A stretch of DNA of 64,000 nucleotides from an uncultured Gemmatimonadaceae bacterium (GCA_964467195.1 CAYXRS010000002.1:2276-66275), one strand, 5' to 3'; shown: positions 8,380 through 17,957, counted from the stretch's first letter. Numbers and translations are program-made. The notes: generated from the letters alone by a model not told the origin.

Positions 8380-9396
8380 ATGCAGCATATCGGGACGCTT
8401 GGCTTCCACCACATCACGATGGTCATGAGTGAGCCGGAGCGTACGCTGGCCTTCTATCGCGATCTGCTCGGGATTCCGTTGCTCGATCGAGCGCGGGATC
8501 ACGCTCTTCCGGGATCGTACCGCCTCGTCTTCGGCGACGAAGGCGGTGCCCCTGGCACAATGCTGGCCTTCGTCGAGCGGGCGGATACGCGACGTGGACG
8601 TCCGGGCGTGGGTGGCATCCACCACGTCGCGCTCGGCGTCGCGACAGCCGAGGACCAGCTTCGCTGGAAGCGCAGGCTGAACGACGCCGGCGTTAGCGTG
8701 TCAGGACCGTTTGATCGCGGCTATTTCCGGAGCATCTATTTCCGCGATCCCGATGGCCAGATCCTGGAGATTGCCACGCAGGGTCCAGGGTACGGTGTCG
8801 ACGAGCCGCCCGAGGCGCTCGGGCAGAAAATCGTGCAGCCGCCAGTGCGCGCCGAGATTCGCGGTTTTCGCGACGAGGCGGAGATTGCCGCGCGCACATG
8901 GCCCGAGCCGATGGCGGACATCGTTTCGTCCATGCGACTTCAGGGAATCCATCACGTGAGCGGCATAACCGACGACATGGAACGCGCGCACGACTTCTAT
9001 CAGGGTGTGCTCGGGCTGCGTCTGGTCAAGCACACGGTAAACCAGGATGACCCCGACACGCCTCACCTGTTCTGGGCTCGATACGAGGGGGGTAAGGTTG
9101 GCCCCCACAGCGCGATGACGCTGTTCGTCTGGCCACCGGGTGCCTTGCGGGTGCGCGAAGGGGTGGGACAGACCCACCATGTCGCCTTCCGTGCCCGCGA
9201 CGATGAGGAGCAGCTCATGTGGCGCGATCACCTGCTGTCGCGCGGAGTGGAGGTGGCTCCAGTGATCGATCGCACATTCTCCAGAAGCATCCCGTTTCGC
9301 GCGCCCGACGGACTGCTCGTCGAGATCGCGACCGATGGTCCCGGCTTCGCGACGGAGGGTGCGAGAAGGGTGCACGCGGTAACAGAAGCGAGATGA
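8380..9396 (+). CDS. two-domain VOC-superfamily ring-cleaving dioxygenase (MhqA/MhqO-like hydroquinone/catechol dioxygenase)
   Basis: Duplicated glyoxalase-fold modules (GFHHITMV...FYRDLLG, then GIHHVSGIT...FYQGVLGLRLV; HHVA recurs). GGAGGTG RBS upstream. Confidence 0.75.
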   Translation: MQHIGTLGFHHITMVMSEPERTLAFYRDLLGIPLLDRARDHALPGSYRLVFGDEGGAPGTMLAFVERADTRRGRPGVGGIHHVALGVATAEDQLRWKRRLNDAGVSVSGPFDRGYFRSIYFRDPDGQILEIATQGPGYGVDEPPEALGQKIVQPPVRAEIRGFRDEAEIAARTWPEPMADIVSSMRLQGIHHVSGITDDMERAHDFYQGVLGLRLVKHTVNQDDPDTPHLFWARYEGGKVGPHSAMTLFVWPPGALRVREGVGQTHHVAFRARDDEEQLMWRDHLLSRGVEVAPVIDRTFSRSIPFRAPDGLLVEIATDGPGFATEGARRVHAVTEAR

Positions 9397-10379
9397 CGGA
9401 CAGCGGTCGAATGAACGCCCTCGTCGTGCGCGAGCATGGCGGCCCGGACATGCTGCGCCTGGAGCAGGTGGAGCGGCCGGTGCCGGGCGCCGGCGAGGCG
9501 CTCGTTCGTGTAGAAACGGCCGGTGTGAACTTCATCGATGTCTACCAGCGCCGAGGAGTTTACCGGACGGAGCTGCCGTTCACTCCGGGCAATGAGGCAG
9601 CCGGGACGGTGGTCGAACTGGGCGCCGGCACGCACGACCTGGTCGCAGGAGATCGAGTCGCGTTCGTGAACGTGATGGGCTCCTTCGCGCAGTTCGTGCG
9701 GGTGCCTGGCGACAGCCTCGTGCCCATTCCCGAAGGCATGACGTCGTCGCAGGCAGCCGCCGCAATGCTTCAGGGTCTCACGGCGCACTACCTGTCGCGC
9801 TCCACCTACCCGGTGGGGTCGAACGACACCGTGCTCGTTCACGCCGCGGCCGGCGGCGTGGGGCTGCTGCTATGCCAGATGGCGAAGCAGCTTGGCGCGC
9901 GAGTCATCGGCACGGTCTCCACGGCACAGAAGGCCTCGCTGGCCCGCGAAGCCGGAGCCGACGATGTGATTCTCTACACGGAGACGGATTTCGTGAAGGA
10001 GGTGGCGCGCCTCACCGGGCACAGGGGGGTCGACGTCGTCTACGATTCGGTTGGCCGGGACACGTTCGATGGCGGCCTCCGTTCGTTGCGGCGCCGCGGA
10101 ATGATGGTTCTCTTCGGCGCCTCCAGCGGCCCGGTGCCGCCCCTCGACCCACAGGCCCTCAATCGCCACGGTTCGCTGTACCTGACGCGGCCATCGCTCG
10201 CCCACTACGCGGCAGACCGCGATGAGCTCCTCGCCGGCGCGGCTGACGTGCTAGGTGCCGTGCGGGCCGGGCACCTGCGACTACGGGTGGATTCAGAGTA
10301 TCCGCTTGCCGACGCGTCGATTGCCTTCTCGCGTCTCGAGTCTCGTCAGACCACTGGGAAACTGCTGCTCCTTCCGTGA
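9393..10379 (+). CDS. qor: NADPH:quinone oxidoreductase (zeta-crystallin / MDR family)
   Basis: ATGA overlap with the previous stop. MNALVVREHGGPDMLRLEQVERPVPGAGEALVRVETAGVNFIDVYQRRGVY..., VLVHAAAGGVGLLLCQMAK (Rossmann motif). The N-terminal part of track ORF 9219.. is out of context. Confidence 0.85.
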   Translation: MTDSGRMNALVVREHGGPDMLRLEQVERPVPGAGEALVRVETAGVNFIDVYQRRGVYRTELPFTPGNEAAGTVVELGAGTHDLVAGDRVAFVNVMGSFAQFVRVPGDSLVPIPEGMTSSQAAAAMLQGLTAHYLSRSTYPVGSNDTVLVHAAAGGVGLLLCQMAKQLGARVIGTVSTAQKASLAREAGADDVILYTETDFVKEVARLTGHRGVDVVYDSVGRDTFDGGLRSLRRRGMMVLFGASSGPVPPLDPQALNRHGSLYLTRPSLAHYAADRDELLAGAADVLGAVRAGHLRLRVDSEYPLADASIAFSRLESRQTTGKLLLLP

Positions 10380-10469
10380 GCACGAGAGCGATCGCCCACT
10401 ACCGGCGCTCAGCACGGGAAACGGACGGGAGGCCCCCGGCCGATCCGGATCCGACCCGCTCGAACTGTA

Positions 10470-11474
10470 TCAGCCGCCCCGTCGCAATTCGATCAGCCCC
10501 TGCGCGGCGGCGCCGAGCAGCGCTGCGTCGGAGCGCATCACGACGTGCAGCGGTATGCGCGCCAGGATCTCCGACATGCGCCCCTTGCCGCGAAACGCGG
10601 CCATGAACGCCGGTTCGCGAAGCAGCGGAAGCACGCGCGGCGGCAGCCCTCCACCCAGGTACATGCCTCCCGTTCCGAATACGGTGAGCGCAAGGTTCCC
10701 CGCTTCGGCGGCAAGCACGGCGGCGAACATCCGGAGCGTCATCAGGGAGAGCTGGTCGGGCGGGTCGTCATCGATCGCCGCGCGCACGATCACCGGAGTC
10801 GGATCCAACGCGCTGGTACGCTCGGCGGCGAGCCAGTCGGGTTCCGGCGCCGCGCCGGCATCCCTCAGGTAATCGTAGATGTTCGGAATACCGCGCCCCG
10901 AGCAGACGCGTTCGTAGCTGACGTGGTCGAACCGCTGCTGGAGGAAGCGCAGCAGCCCCACTTCCAGCGAGTTCCGGGGCGCGAAGTCGCAGTGGCCACC
11001 CTCCGACGCATGCGGGACAAAGCAGTCCCCATCCCAGCTGAGGAAGGCCTGCCCCAGCCCGGTGCCAGGAGCGATGACGGCCTTGGTCCCCTCTGGATCC
11101 GGCGTGCCGTCCTGGATCGTGACCAGGTCTTCCGGTTTGAGAACCGGGAGCCCGCTGGCGGTGGCGACCAGGTCGTTGAGCAGCGTTACCGACCGAAAGC
11201 CGAAACGGCTTGCCAACAGGCTGGCGTCAACCGTCCACGACAGATTGGTCAACACCGACCGGCCGTCGAGCACCGGTCCGGCAACGCCGAAGACGGCAGA
11301 GTCGCATCGGGCTCCCGTGTCGGTCAGAAAATTGAACAGGACGTCGTCGAAGCTTGCGAAACGTCCGCTCTCGATGGAGCGAACCGCGATCGGCGCATGT
11401 ACTCCTCGATCGGGGGTGAATAGCGCCAGCAGCGACTTCGTGCCGCCGACATCGCCCGCGAGCAGCATGCTCAT
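10470..11474 (-). CDS. glk: glucokinase
   Basis: LLAGDVGGTKSLLALF N-terminal ATP-binding motif. Length and the GPGTGLG-like APGTGLGQAFL segment are typical of Glk. Confidence 0.8.
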   Translation of the reverse strand: MSMLLAGDVGGTKSLLALFTPDRGVHAPIAVRSIESGRFASFDDVLFNFLTDTGARCDSAVFGVAGPVLDGRSVLTNLSWTVDASLLASRFGFRSVTLLNDLVATASGLPVLKPEDLVTIQDGTPDPEGTKAVIAPGTGLGQAFLSWDGDCFVPHASEGGHCDFAPRNSLEVGLLRFLQQRFDHVSYERVCSGRGIPNIYDYLRDAGAAPEPDWLAAERTSALDPTPVIVRAAIDDDPPDQLSLMTLRMFAAVLAAEAGNLALTVFGTGGMYLGGGLPPRVLPLLREPAFMAAFRGKGRMSEILARIPLHVVMRSDAALLGAAAQGLIELRRGG

Positions 11475-11483
11475 GCGAAAACG

Positions 11484-12155
11484 TCAGCTCAGCGGCGCTA
11501 TCCAGCGCGACGCGACCTCCAGGTCTGCTCGCGAAAGCTGGTGCCCGGCGCCGATCCACTCGAGCGTGACGTCTGCCCCGAACGCCTTCAACATCTCGGC
11601 CAGGCGTTCGGTGTTCTTCCTCGGCACGAGTGGGTCCGATTCCCCGGCGCATATCAGGACAGGGGTGCGGGGAAGCTGAGGAGGCTCCGCCGGCTCGAAG
11701 GGAATCATCGGACGGAAGAGCGCCGCTCCGGCGACAAGGGCAGGTTCGGTGAGCAGAAGACTCGAGGCTATGTTCGCGCCATTCGACAGCCCGGCCGCCA
11801 CCATCCGCGTGCCCGCCAGTCCATACCGCTCCTCGGCGGCGCGCACGAAGTCCGCCAGCTCGCGTGTTCGGATGCTGAGGTCCTCCAGATCGAATACCCC
11901 CTCCTCCAGCCGGCGAAAGAAACGGGGCAAGTCGCCCTCGACCACCTTGCCGCGCGGACTGAGCAGGTTTGCCCCTGGCGCAATGGCCCGGCCCAACGGG
12001 AGCAGATCCTGTTCATCACCACCTGTCCCGTGGAGGAGAAGCAGCGTCAGCGCTGCGGACGAGCCAGCGCCACGCTCGAACTGATGAACGAAGCCGAGTT
12101 CCTGTCCTGTCGCTTTCACGGGCCCCTCCAAGGGCGTGTTGGGCGTGGTTACCAC
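11484..12155 (-). CDS. phospholipase/carboxylesterase-family alpha/beta hydrolase
   Basis: LLLLHGTGGDEQDLLPLG, nucleophile elbow GLSNGA, C-terminal GAGHQL. Confidence 0.75.
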   Translation of the reverse strand: MVTTPNTPLEGPVKATGQELGFVHQFERGAGSSAALTLLLLHGTGGDEQDLLPLGRAIAPGANLLSPRGKVVEGDLPRFFRRLEEGVFDLEDLSIRTRELADFVRAAEERYGLAGTRMVAAGLSNGANIASSLLLTEPALVAGAALFRPMIPFEPAEPPQLPRTPVLICAGESDPLVPRKNTERLAEMLKAFGADVTLEWIGAGHQLSRADLEVASRWIAPLS

Positions 12156-12236
12156 CCCTCACATATCCCCCGAAGAGCGGCCTCGCAAGGCAGAGACGGT
12201 CGCGCTGGACCACCGCGACCGCCCACCGCCCGGCGC

Positions 12237-12836
12237 TCAGAATGTCGCGCCAATTCCCAGCGCGTACTGCCAGTTGTGCCGGTCAGTGCCACGGAACACG
12301 ATCATGTCCCGAACATCGACGCGCAGCGCTACGCCACGAAGCAGGCCAAACCGCACCCCCGCTGCCGGAGTGAGCGCCATGCTCATGTTCGTGCGATTGG
12401 CGAATGAGGGCCGATCATAGGAGCCGCGCTCGGCGCTCGTACGCAGCGCCCCGGCCGAAAGCGAAAGCACGGGATCGATCACACCGCCGAGCGGAGCGGA
12501 AAGCACGCGCATGTCGGCATGTGCCCCGAGATTCAGGCTGCTGAAGCCCTGGGACTGGACTTCCAGATGCTCACCGAACGGTCCGAGGAACGTGCGAAAG
12601 AGTATCGGATTGTCGATCGGATCGGTGGCAAGGCGCCAGAGGATACGGCCACCGTACACGTCCACCGTGTAGTTCTCGACGGCGCCCGCGGGACGGAGCT
12701 GTCCGAAGTATCCCTCAATGATGACGGGGAGACGCGGCGTTAGCTCCTGGGCATTGAACCCTTGCGCACTGACCGAGGCGGGGAACCCACTGGCGAGCAC
12801 ACAGATCGAGCAGAGGAGAACGAGGGTACGACGCAT
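12237..12836 (-). CDS. outer-membrane beta-barrel protein (OmpA-barrel/porin-like)
   Basis: Signal peptide MRRTLVLLCSICVLASGFPASVSAQG, alternating beta pattern, C-terminal ...LGIGATF. Confidence 0.65.
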   Translation of the reverse strand: MRRTLVLLCSICVLASGFPASVSAQGFNAQELTPRLPVIIEGYFGQLRPAGAVENYTVDVYGGRILWRLATDPIDNPILFRTFLGPFGEHLEVQSQGFSSLNLGAHADMRVLSAPLGGVIDPVLSLSAGALRTSAERGSYDRPSFANRTNMSMALTPAAGVRFGLLRGVALRVDVRDMIVFRGTDRHNWQYALGIGATF

Positions 12837-13082
12837 GAGAAACCTCCTGACAGTTCAGTTTCGTTTGGCAGTCTCCGGTTGACTTGGTGTGCCCGCACCG
12901 TGTGTGCGGGCAAGCGACAGCAGGCGAAAGCATCCGGCGTACCAGCGTTCGGGAGCAGTTGACCCGCATTCTGGGGGGCGAAACCCCCGGGGCACGAGTG
13001 TGGACGCCGCGCGGAGTCAGGGGGTTGCCAAGTTGACCGGCCACCCTTGGCAGTCCTTTGTCAAAGTGGCAAAAGACTTCTG

Positions 13083-13610
13083 CTACTCGGGCGCTGCGCT
13101 CCCCTCTGCGTTGTCTGCCACGTGCTTATCGAGGGCCTGGAGGTATGTCTCGATGGAGGAAGTGTGGCCGAAGACGAAGCGAGAAAGGAAGCGGAAGAGC
13201 GGGTTGTAGACTTCGCCCTCCTCGGTGATCTCCAGGCGCGTGCCGTTCGGGCCGGGCGTGATCACGTATATCCAGCGACCCCCGTAGGGAAGGTCGGGGT
13301 CCGCGATCTCCCCCACGAGCCGCACGGGCGGATGTGCCTCGACCACCCTGAAGGCGATGTCACCGTGCCGGCCGCGCTCCCTCCACGCGGCCTGGCCGTT
13401 CGCCGAGGGGAGGATCTCCACGCTGCGCACGTCGGGGCGCCAGGTGGGAAACGCGGCGACATCCGTGATCACCGCCCACACGGACTCCGGCGTTGCGCGG
13501 ACAGTGATGTCGCGCGAGGCCACGTGCCCCTTCGGAAGCAGGCCTCCCGCCAGGTACATCGCGAGGACGATCCCCACCAGCACTCCCCCAACGATCAGGA
13601 TCCATCGCAT
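13083..13610 (-). CDS. membrane-anchored SRPBCC (START/polyketide-cyclase-like) family protein
   Basis: N-terminal TM helix, then ITVRATPESVWAVITDVAAFPTWRPDVRSVE... Confidence 0.7.
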   Translation of the reverse strand: MRWILIVGGVLVGIVLAMYLAGGLLPKGHVASRDITVRATPESVWAVITDVAAFPTWRPDVRSVEILPSANGQAAWRERGRHGDIAFRVVEAHPPVRLVGEIADPDLPYGGRWIYVITPGPNGTRLEITEEGEVYNPLFRFLSRFVFGHTSSIETYLQALDKHVADNAEGSAAPE

Positions 13611-13697
13611 GGTTCACCTCCTGGAATTGGGAACGGCGTTCAGCCGGCGTCCTCGTTCTGCTCCTTCTGCTCTCTTTGATCTCGCCTGCGGCGTCAC

Positions 13698-13721
13698 GTC
13701 TCTGCGTCTCTGCGTCTCTGC
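13698..13721. repeat. 8-bp tandem repeat GTCTCTGC x3
   Basis: Read directly in the intergenic region between 13610 and 13852. Confidence 0.8.
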
Positions 13722-13851
13722 GGTGAGTGCTGCTCACAGCCGGACCTCCCGATATCCAAGCTCGCTGGCAGTACGTGCCCAGGTGGACCATCATTGATGC
13801 TCGTTCCCGCGCTTTCACCGTGACGGCAATACCTGCTACCCGGGCCCCAAT

Positions 13852-14916
13852 TTGTCCCGCCGCCGCTTCCTTCGCGACCTGCAGGCTGGGCGCTACCTCG
13901 ACCTGTTCCTCGTATCGGCGGTTGCGTCGGTGCTCGTCATTCGCTTTTCGCTGCATCTTGCCGGCTATCCGCGCATTGCGCCGGGCCAACTCCACATCGC
14001 GCATATGTTGTGGGGAGGGCTCCTCATGCTGATAGCACTGGTGATCCTTTTCTCCTTTCTTGGCCGCCGCGTCCATGATCTGGCGGCGCTCGTCGGTGGG
14101 GTCGGTTTCGGGACCTTCATCGATGAGGTCGGCAAATTCGTGACGCAGGACAACGACTACTTCTATCAGCCGGCAGTCGCGCTCATCTACATCTCCTTCA
14201 TTCTTCTCTATCTCGGCATACGGTCCATCCACCGCCGGCGGCGGGTCACACCCACCGAATATCTGGTGAACGCCCTCCAGGAGTTGGAGGAAATCGCCGT
14301 CGACGAGCTCGATGAGGAGGAGCGAATGAGAGCGTTGCGCTACCTCGAGTCCAGCGATCCCGCCGACCCTCTGGTCCCGGTGCTGAAGCGACTGCTGGAG
14401 GAGGCTCGCACCGTTCCGGTGAGGCGGCCGGGCGCGCACGTGCGCCTGTGGGGATGGGCAGTGGAGCGCTATCGGCAGCTGGCTACGCACCCCCTCTTTG
14501 GCATCGGGATAATCGGATTCTTCGCAGTGCAGCTACTGCTCAAGCTTACAGCGGTCGTCACGATAGCCGTGTATGTCGCTCCGGCACTCGATGCGCTCGG
14601 CATCGAGGAACAGAGTGTCGTGGCTTTAGCGCAGCTTGGCTCGTCGTCGCTGTCCGCAGTGCTGGTGGCCATTGGCGTGTGGAGCATTCGGCGGTCAAGA
14701 CTCGAGGCGCTGCGATGGTTCCAGCGCTCGATTCTGGTGTCGATATTCCTCACCCAGGTGTTCGTCTTCTATCAGCACCAGTGGGCGGCACTCGGCGGTC
14801 TGACGTTCGACCTGCTCGTCTTCTTCGCCCTCGGCTTCATGATCGAGCGCGAGCAGACCGAGGACACGACTCCGTTGGACAGCGGCCCGTGGATCGCTCA
14901 GGCTGAACCCGGCTGA
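13852..14916 (+). CDS. integral membrane protein of unknown function (354 aa)
   Basis: TTG start. Multiple TM helices at both ends around a charged central helix region. The antisense track ORF 13360..14490 is rejected. Confidence 0.55.
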   Translation: MSRRRFLRDLQAGRYLDLFLVSAVASVLVIRFSLHLAGYPRIAPGQLHIAHMLWGGLLMLIALVILFSFLGRRVHDLAALVGGVGFGTFIDEVGKFVTQDNDYFYQPAVALIYISFILLYLGIRSIHRRRRVTPTEYLVNALQELEEIAVDELDEEERMRALRYLESSDPADPLVPVLKRLLEEARTVPVRRPGAHVRLWGWAVERYRQLATHPLFGIGIIGFFAVQLLLKLTAVVTIAVYVAPALDALGIEEQSVVALAQLGSSSLSAVLVAIGVWSIRRSRLEALRWFQRSILVSIFLTQVFVFYQHQWAALGGLTFDLLVFFALGFMIEREQTEDTTPLDSGPWIAQAEPG

Positions 14917-15569
14917 GAACCGAGCAGCACGCGACCGCCGGTCACCACCTGCCAGACCGAGAGCACCGCGACCGCGCCGAATATGGCCGGCGTACTCTCG
15001 TGGAAGAAGGCGACACCAATGATCCCGGCGGCGGCAGCGGCCCACGCCAGCCATGCCAGGAGCTTCGGCGTCGAGCTGTCGCGCCACTCCACCCAGCCGA
15101 GAGCGAGCGCACCGAGCGCCACGATGAAGTTCCCGTATCGCGACGCCATGAGACCAATGGGGTGCGTGACATCGTACATCGCCGCCATGATCTCCTCGCC
15201 AGCAACGAATCGGGTGGCGAGCTGCCAACCTGAGCCGGCCATGTAGGCGATATTCAGTGAATGAACTGCCAGTCCAATCGAGATCACCGCCAAAGCGGCG
15301 AGCAGCGGAGCGACCGGGCCGCGATGAACCACCAGGCGGACCCAGATACCAGCTATCACCAGCGCCGTGGAGGCGAGCATGGCAAGGTGCACTGCGCGCC
15401 AGCGTTCGGCGTCCGCGATGATGCGCAAGTGGGAGGCGGCGTCCCCCTGGAGAACCGGATGCGCGACGGCGGCTACGCCGAGGAGCACGGTTCCCAGCAG
15501 GAGAGCGATGGCGAGCGGGCGAGCGAGCGTTTGCACGATCGGATCTCCGGATCGATGTTTAGGAATCAT
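14898..15569 (-). CDS. integral membrane protein of unknown function (223 aa)
   Basis: About 6 hydrophobic helices. The 3' end overlaps the convergent gene at 13852..14916 by 19 nt. Confidence 0.55.
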   Translation of the reverse strand: MIPKHRSGDPIVQTLARPLAIALLLGTVLLGVAAVAHPVLQGDAASHLRIIADAERWRAVHLAMLASTALVIAGIWVRLVVHRGPVAPLLAALAVISIGLAVHSLNIAYMAGSGWQLATRFVAGEEIMAAMYDVTHPIGLMASRYGNFIVALGALALGWVEWRDSSTPKLLAWLAWAAAAAGIIGVAFFHESTPAIFGAVAVLSVWQVVTGGRVLLGSQPGSA

Positions 15570-15598
15570 TCATTCCGGCCTCGGATTCGCCAAGGGGC

Positions 15599-16489
15599 AT
15601 GACCAGCGATATCGATCCTCCCTCAACCGTCGAGCCAGCTCATCGACCCGGTACGTGCGTGATTACCGGTGGTACGCGCGGTATCGGCCGGGCGCTGGCT
15701 CTGGAGCTGGCGCGGCGAGGCGCGCCGGTGGTGATCGTGGGACGGGACCGCGACCGTGGCATAGAAGCGCGTGATGCGCTCTGCCGCCAGGGCGGGAGCG
15801 AGGATGTCCGTTTCGTGTGCATGGACCTCGCCTCGCTTGCCGATGTGCGCGCCGGCGTGGCGGAGCTCGTTGCGCTCCACCCACGGCTGTCCACGCTGGT
15901 GAACAACGCAGGCGTGTACTCGCTTCGTTCTCGGAGCAGCGCCGACGGGATCGAGCTCACGATGGCGGTGAACTACTTGAGTGCGTACTTGCTGACACGC
16001 CTGCTCTTGCCGGCGCTGCTGGATGGCGCGCCGGCGCGCGTCGTCAACGTGACCTCGAAGATGGAGCGTTATGCACGTAACGACTTCTCTGATTCGCGCG
16101 TCTGGAAGCCTGGCGGCGGCGGCCCGTTCGGCTTCATGTCGTACGCGCGCTCCAAGCGCGCTCTCGTGCTTTTCACCCGCGAACTGGCGAGTCGGCTGGA
16201 CGGCAGCGGCGTGACATCGAGCAGCGTTCATCCTGGCTTCGTAGGGACTGACCTTCTGCGGGATCTGCCGAGGTGGGTGCGCCGACTGTATGAGCCGCGA
16301 CTGCGCACGCCCGAGGAGAGTGCTGGCACCATCGCCGACCTGGCGACCGGGCCCGAATACGCGGCGACGAACGGCGCACACTTCCTGCCAGGTCCGCGCG
16401 AAGCTCGCAGCTCGGCGGGTTCACGGCACCCCGACCACCAGCGTGATCTCTGGCGGATGAGCGCCGAGCTGGTTGGCCTCCCTGAATAG
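15599..16489 (+). CDS. short-chain dehydrogenase/reductase (SDR)
   Basis: TGGTRGIGRA cofactor motif, NNAG, catalytic YARSK. Confidence 0.85.
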   Translation: MTSDIDPPSTVEPAHRPGTCVITGGTRGIGRALALELARRGAPVVIVGRDRDRGIEARDALCRQGGSEDVRFVCMDLASLADVRAGVAELVALHPRLSTLVNNAGVYSLRSRSSADGIELTMAVNYLSAYLLTRLLLPALLDGAPARVVNVTSKMERYARNDFSDSRVWKPGGGGPFGFMSYARSKRALVLFTRELASRLDGSGVTSSSVHPGFVGTDLLRDLPRWVRRLYEPRLRTPEESAGTIADLATGPEYAATNGAHFLPGPREARSSAGSRHPDHQRDLWRMSAELVGLPE

Positions 16490-16608
16490 CCGCACGCCGC
16501 GCTGACCGGCGGCGGTCAGAACGCTCGCCGATCAGAGCGGTGCATGCCGAGCGCGACGGCTGTGGGGGGAACGACTAACAGTGTCGCCCCCCCCGCTTCA
16601 CCAGCCAC

Positions 16609-17091
16609 TCAGTTCTGTCCCTGCCCTGCCGCTTGCGTCATCCACGCTTCCGCGGCCTGCTTCATTTCCTCGTCAGTCAGGTCCTTGACGCGCGTGGCGA
16701 TGCCCCACTCGTGGCCGAATGGGTCTTTGACCTTCCCGTACCGGTCCCCCCAGAAGGCATCCTCCATCGGGAACGCGACGGTGGCACCGGCGTCGATCGC
16801 TCGCTTGAACGAGGCGTCGGCATCGGCAACGTAGATGTGCAGTGAGCCGGGGTTGCCGTTGGTGCTGAGTGGAGACTTCGTTCCCCACTGCTCGTTCTCC
16901 TCGGACAACATCACGACCGAGTCTCCGAGGCGGATCTCGGCGTGCATTATGGAACCGCCGGGACCCTCCATGCGGCTCACCTCCTCCGCGCCGAAAGCAC
17001 GCTTGTAGAACTCGATCGCCTTGGCGCCGTCCCGGACGATGATGCTGGGGGTGACGGTGTGGTACCCTGCGGGGGCTGCTGTGGTGGCCAT
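16609..17091 (-). CDS. VOC/glyoxalase-family protein (PhnB-like)
   Basis: TPSIIVRDGAKAIEFYKRAFGAEE...HAEIRLGDSVVMLSE...FWGDRYGKVKDPFGHEWGI. Confidence 0.8.
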   Translation of the reverse strand: MATTAAPAGYHTVTPSIIVRDGAKAIEFYKRAFGAEEVSRMEGPGGSIMHAEIRLGDSVVMLSEENEQWGTKSPLSTNGNPGSLHIYVADADASFKRAIDAGATVAFPMEDAFWGDRYGKVKDPFGHEWGIATRVKDLTDEEMKQAAEAWMTQAAGQGQN

Positions 17092-17385
17092 GGTTAGACC
17101 CTCCGGAAAGGTGACTGGTAGAACACCAGCTTCGGCATCTATTCGGGACCGAACAAACTAATGGGAACGGATGTCCGCGCAAGCCCTCCCACCCACAGGT
17201 CGGCTTGACGGCTTGACCTTTTTCGTCGGCCTGCTCGCCGCATACTTCGAACCCCCAGCCCTGCGTGGGCGTAACATCCGCTGCTGGAGGCCGTAACGAC
17301 CGCGACAGTGTGGTGCATCATGACCTCCTTGTTGCGCACAGACTGCAACCAGCCACCTCAATCGGTAAGCGGCGAAAGCCAATTA

Positions 17386-17957
17386 GCAGGCCAGCGATCC
17401 CGAGCGCGCTCCTGGCGACCACCGCTTCCGGCTCCTCGATTGCCCTGAGCTGGACGGATCAGGCCGTCAACGAGAGCGGATTCCGCATCGAGCGGCGGGC
17501 CGACGGGATGATTTCACCGAGATCGCAACTGTCGTTGCGAACCGCACCCAGTACTCGGACAGCGAGCTCGCCGCCGAGACGGCGTACCAATACCGAATCA
17601 AGGCATTCAATCAGAGCGGCGGGAGCAGCTACTATCACTGGAACTTCGAACCCGGCAATCTTCGAGAACGTCAACACGACGGTGCCGGCAATTCCGCGCA
17701 ATCTCACGGCAGCTGCAGTTTCAGCTACGCGGATAAACCCGGCATGGCAGGATCGCTCAGTAAACGAGCTTGGCTTCAGGATCGAGCGTCGCGTGGTGGG
17801 TGGCGAGTTCGTCGAGATCGCGACCACATCCCCCAACACGACCCAGTTCGCAGACCTGCAAGCGCAACCGGGTACGAGCTACCAGTATCGCGTTCGCGCA
17901 TGGAATGGGAGCGGGAGCAGTAGCTTCACGCCGGTGGCGAGCGCGAGTACCCTCTGA
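17386..17957 (+). pseudogene. remnant of a fibronectin-type-III repeat protein (two FN3 modules, two frameshifts, no N-terminus)
   Basis: Module 1 begins SSIALSWTDQAVNESGFRIERRADG in the track frame. It continues only in another frame as DDFTEIATVVANRTQYSDSELAAETAYQYRIKAFNQSGGSSY, which implies a 1-nt loss near 17505. Module 2 returns to the track frame (NLTAAAVSATRINPAWQDRSVNELGFRIERRVVGGEFVEIAT...YQYRVRAWNGSGSS). No signal peptide or catalytic domain upstream. Confidence 0.6.

Noticed and set aside
13040-13075. Sigma-54 type promoter (TGGCAGTCCTTTGTCA)
   Set aside because: The GG-to-TTG spacing is one base short of TGGCAC-N5-TTGC. No + strand gene lies within about 800 bp.
13360-14490. Long antisense ORFs: 13360..14490 (-), 18952..20346 (-), 34747..35973 (+), 42880..44370 (+), 47676..48776 (-), 59092..60528 (-), 25599..26459 (-), 2060..2899 (-)
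   Set aside because: Each lies opposite a gene with clear family motifs. Their translations are Arg/Pro/His/Gly-rich with no recognisable motifs. Long stop-free antisense frames are expected in DNA this GC-rich.
14898-14916. 19-nt overlap of two convergent membrane-protein genes as a regulatory antisense feature
   Set aside because: Short 3' overlaps of convergent genes are common in compact GC-rich genomes, and nothing else supports a special role.
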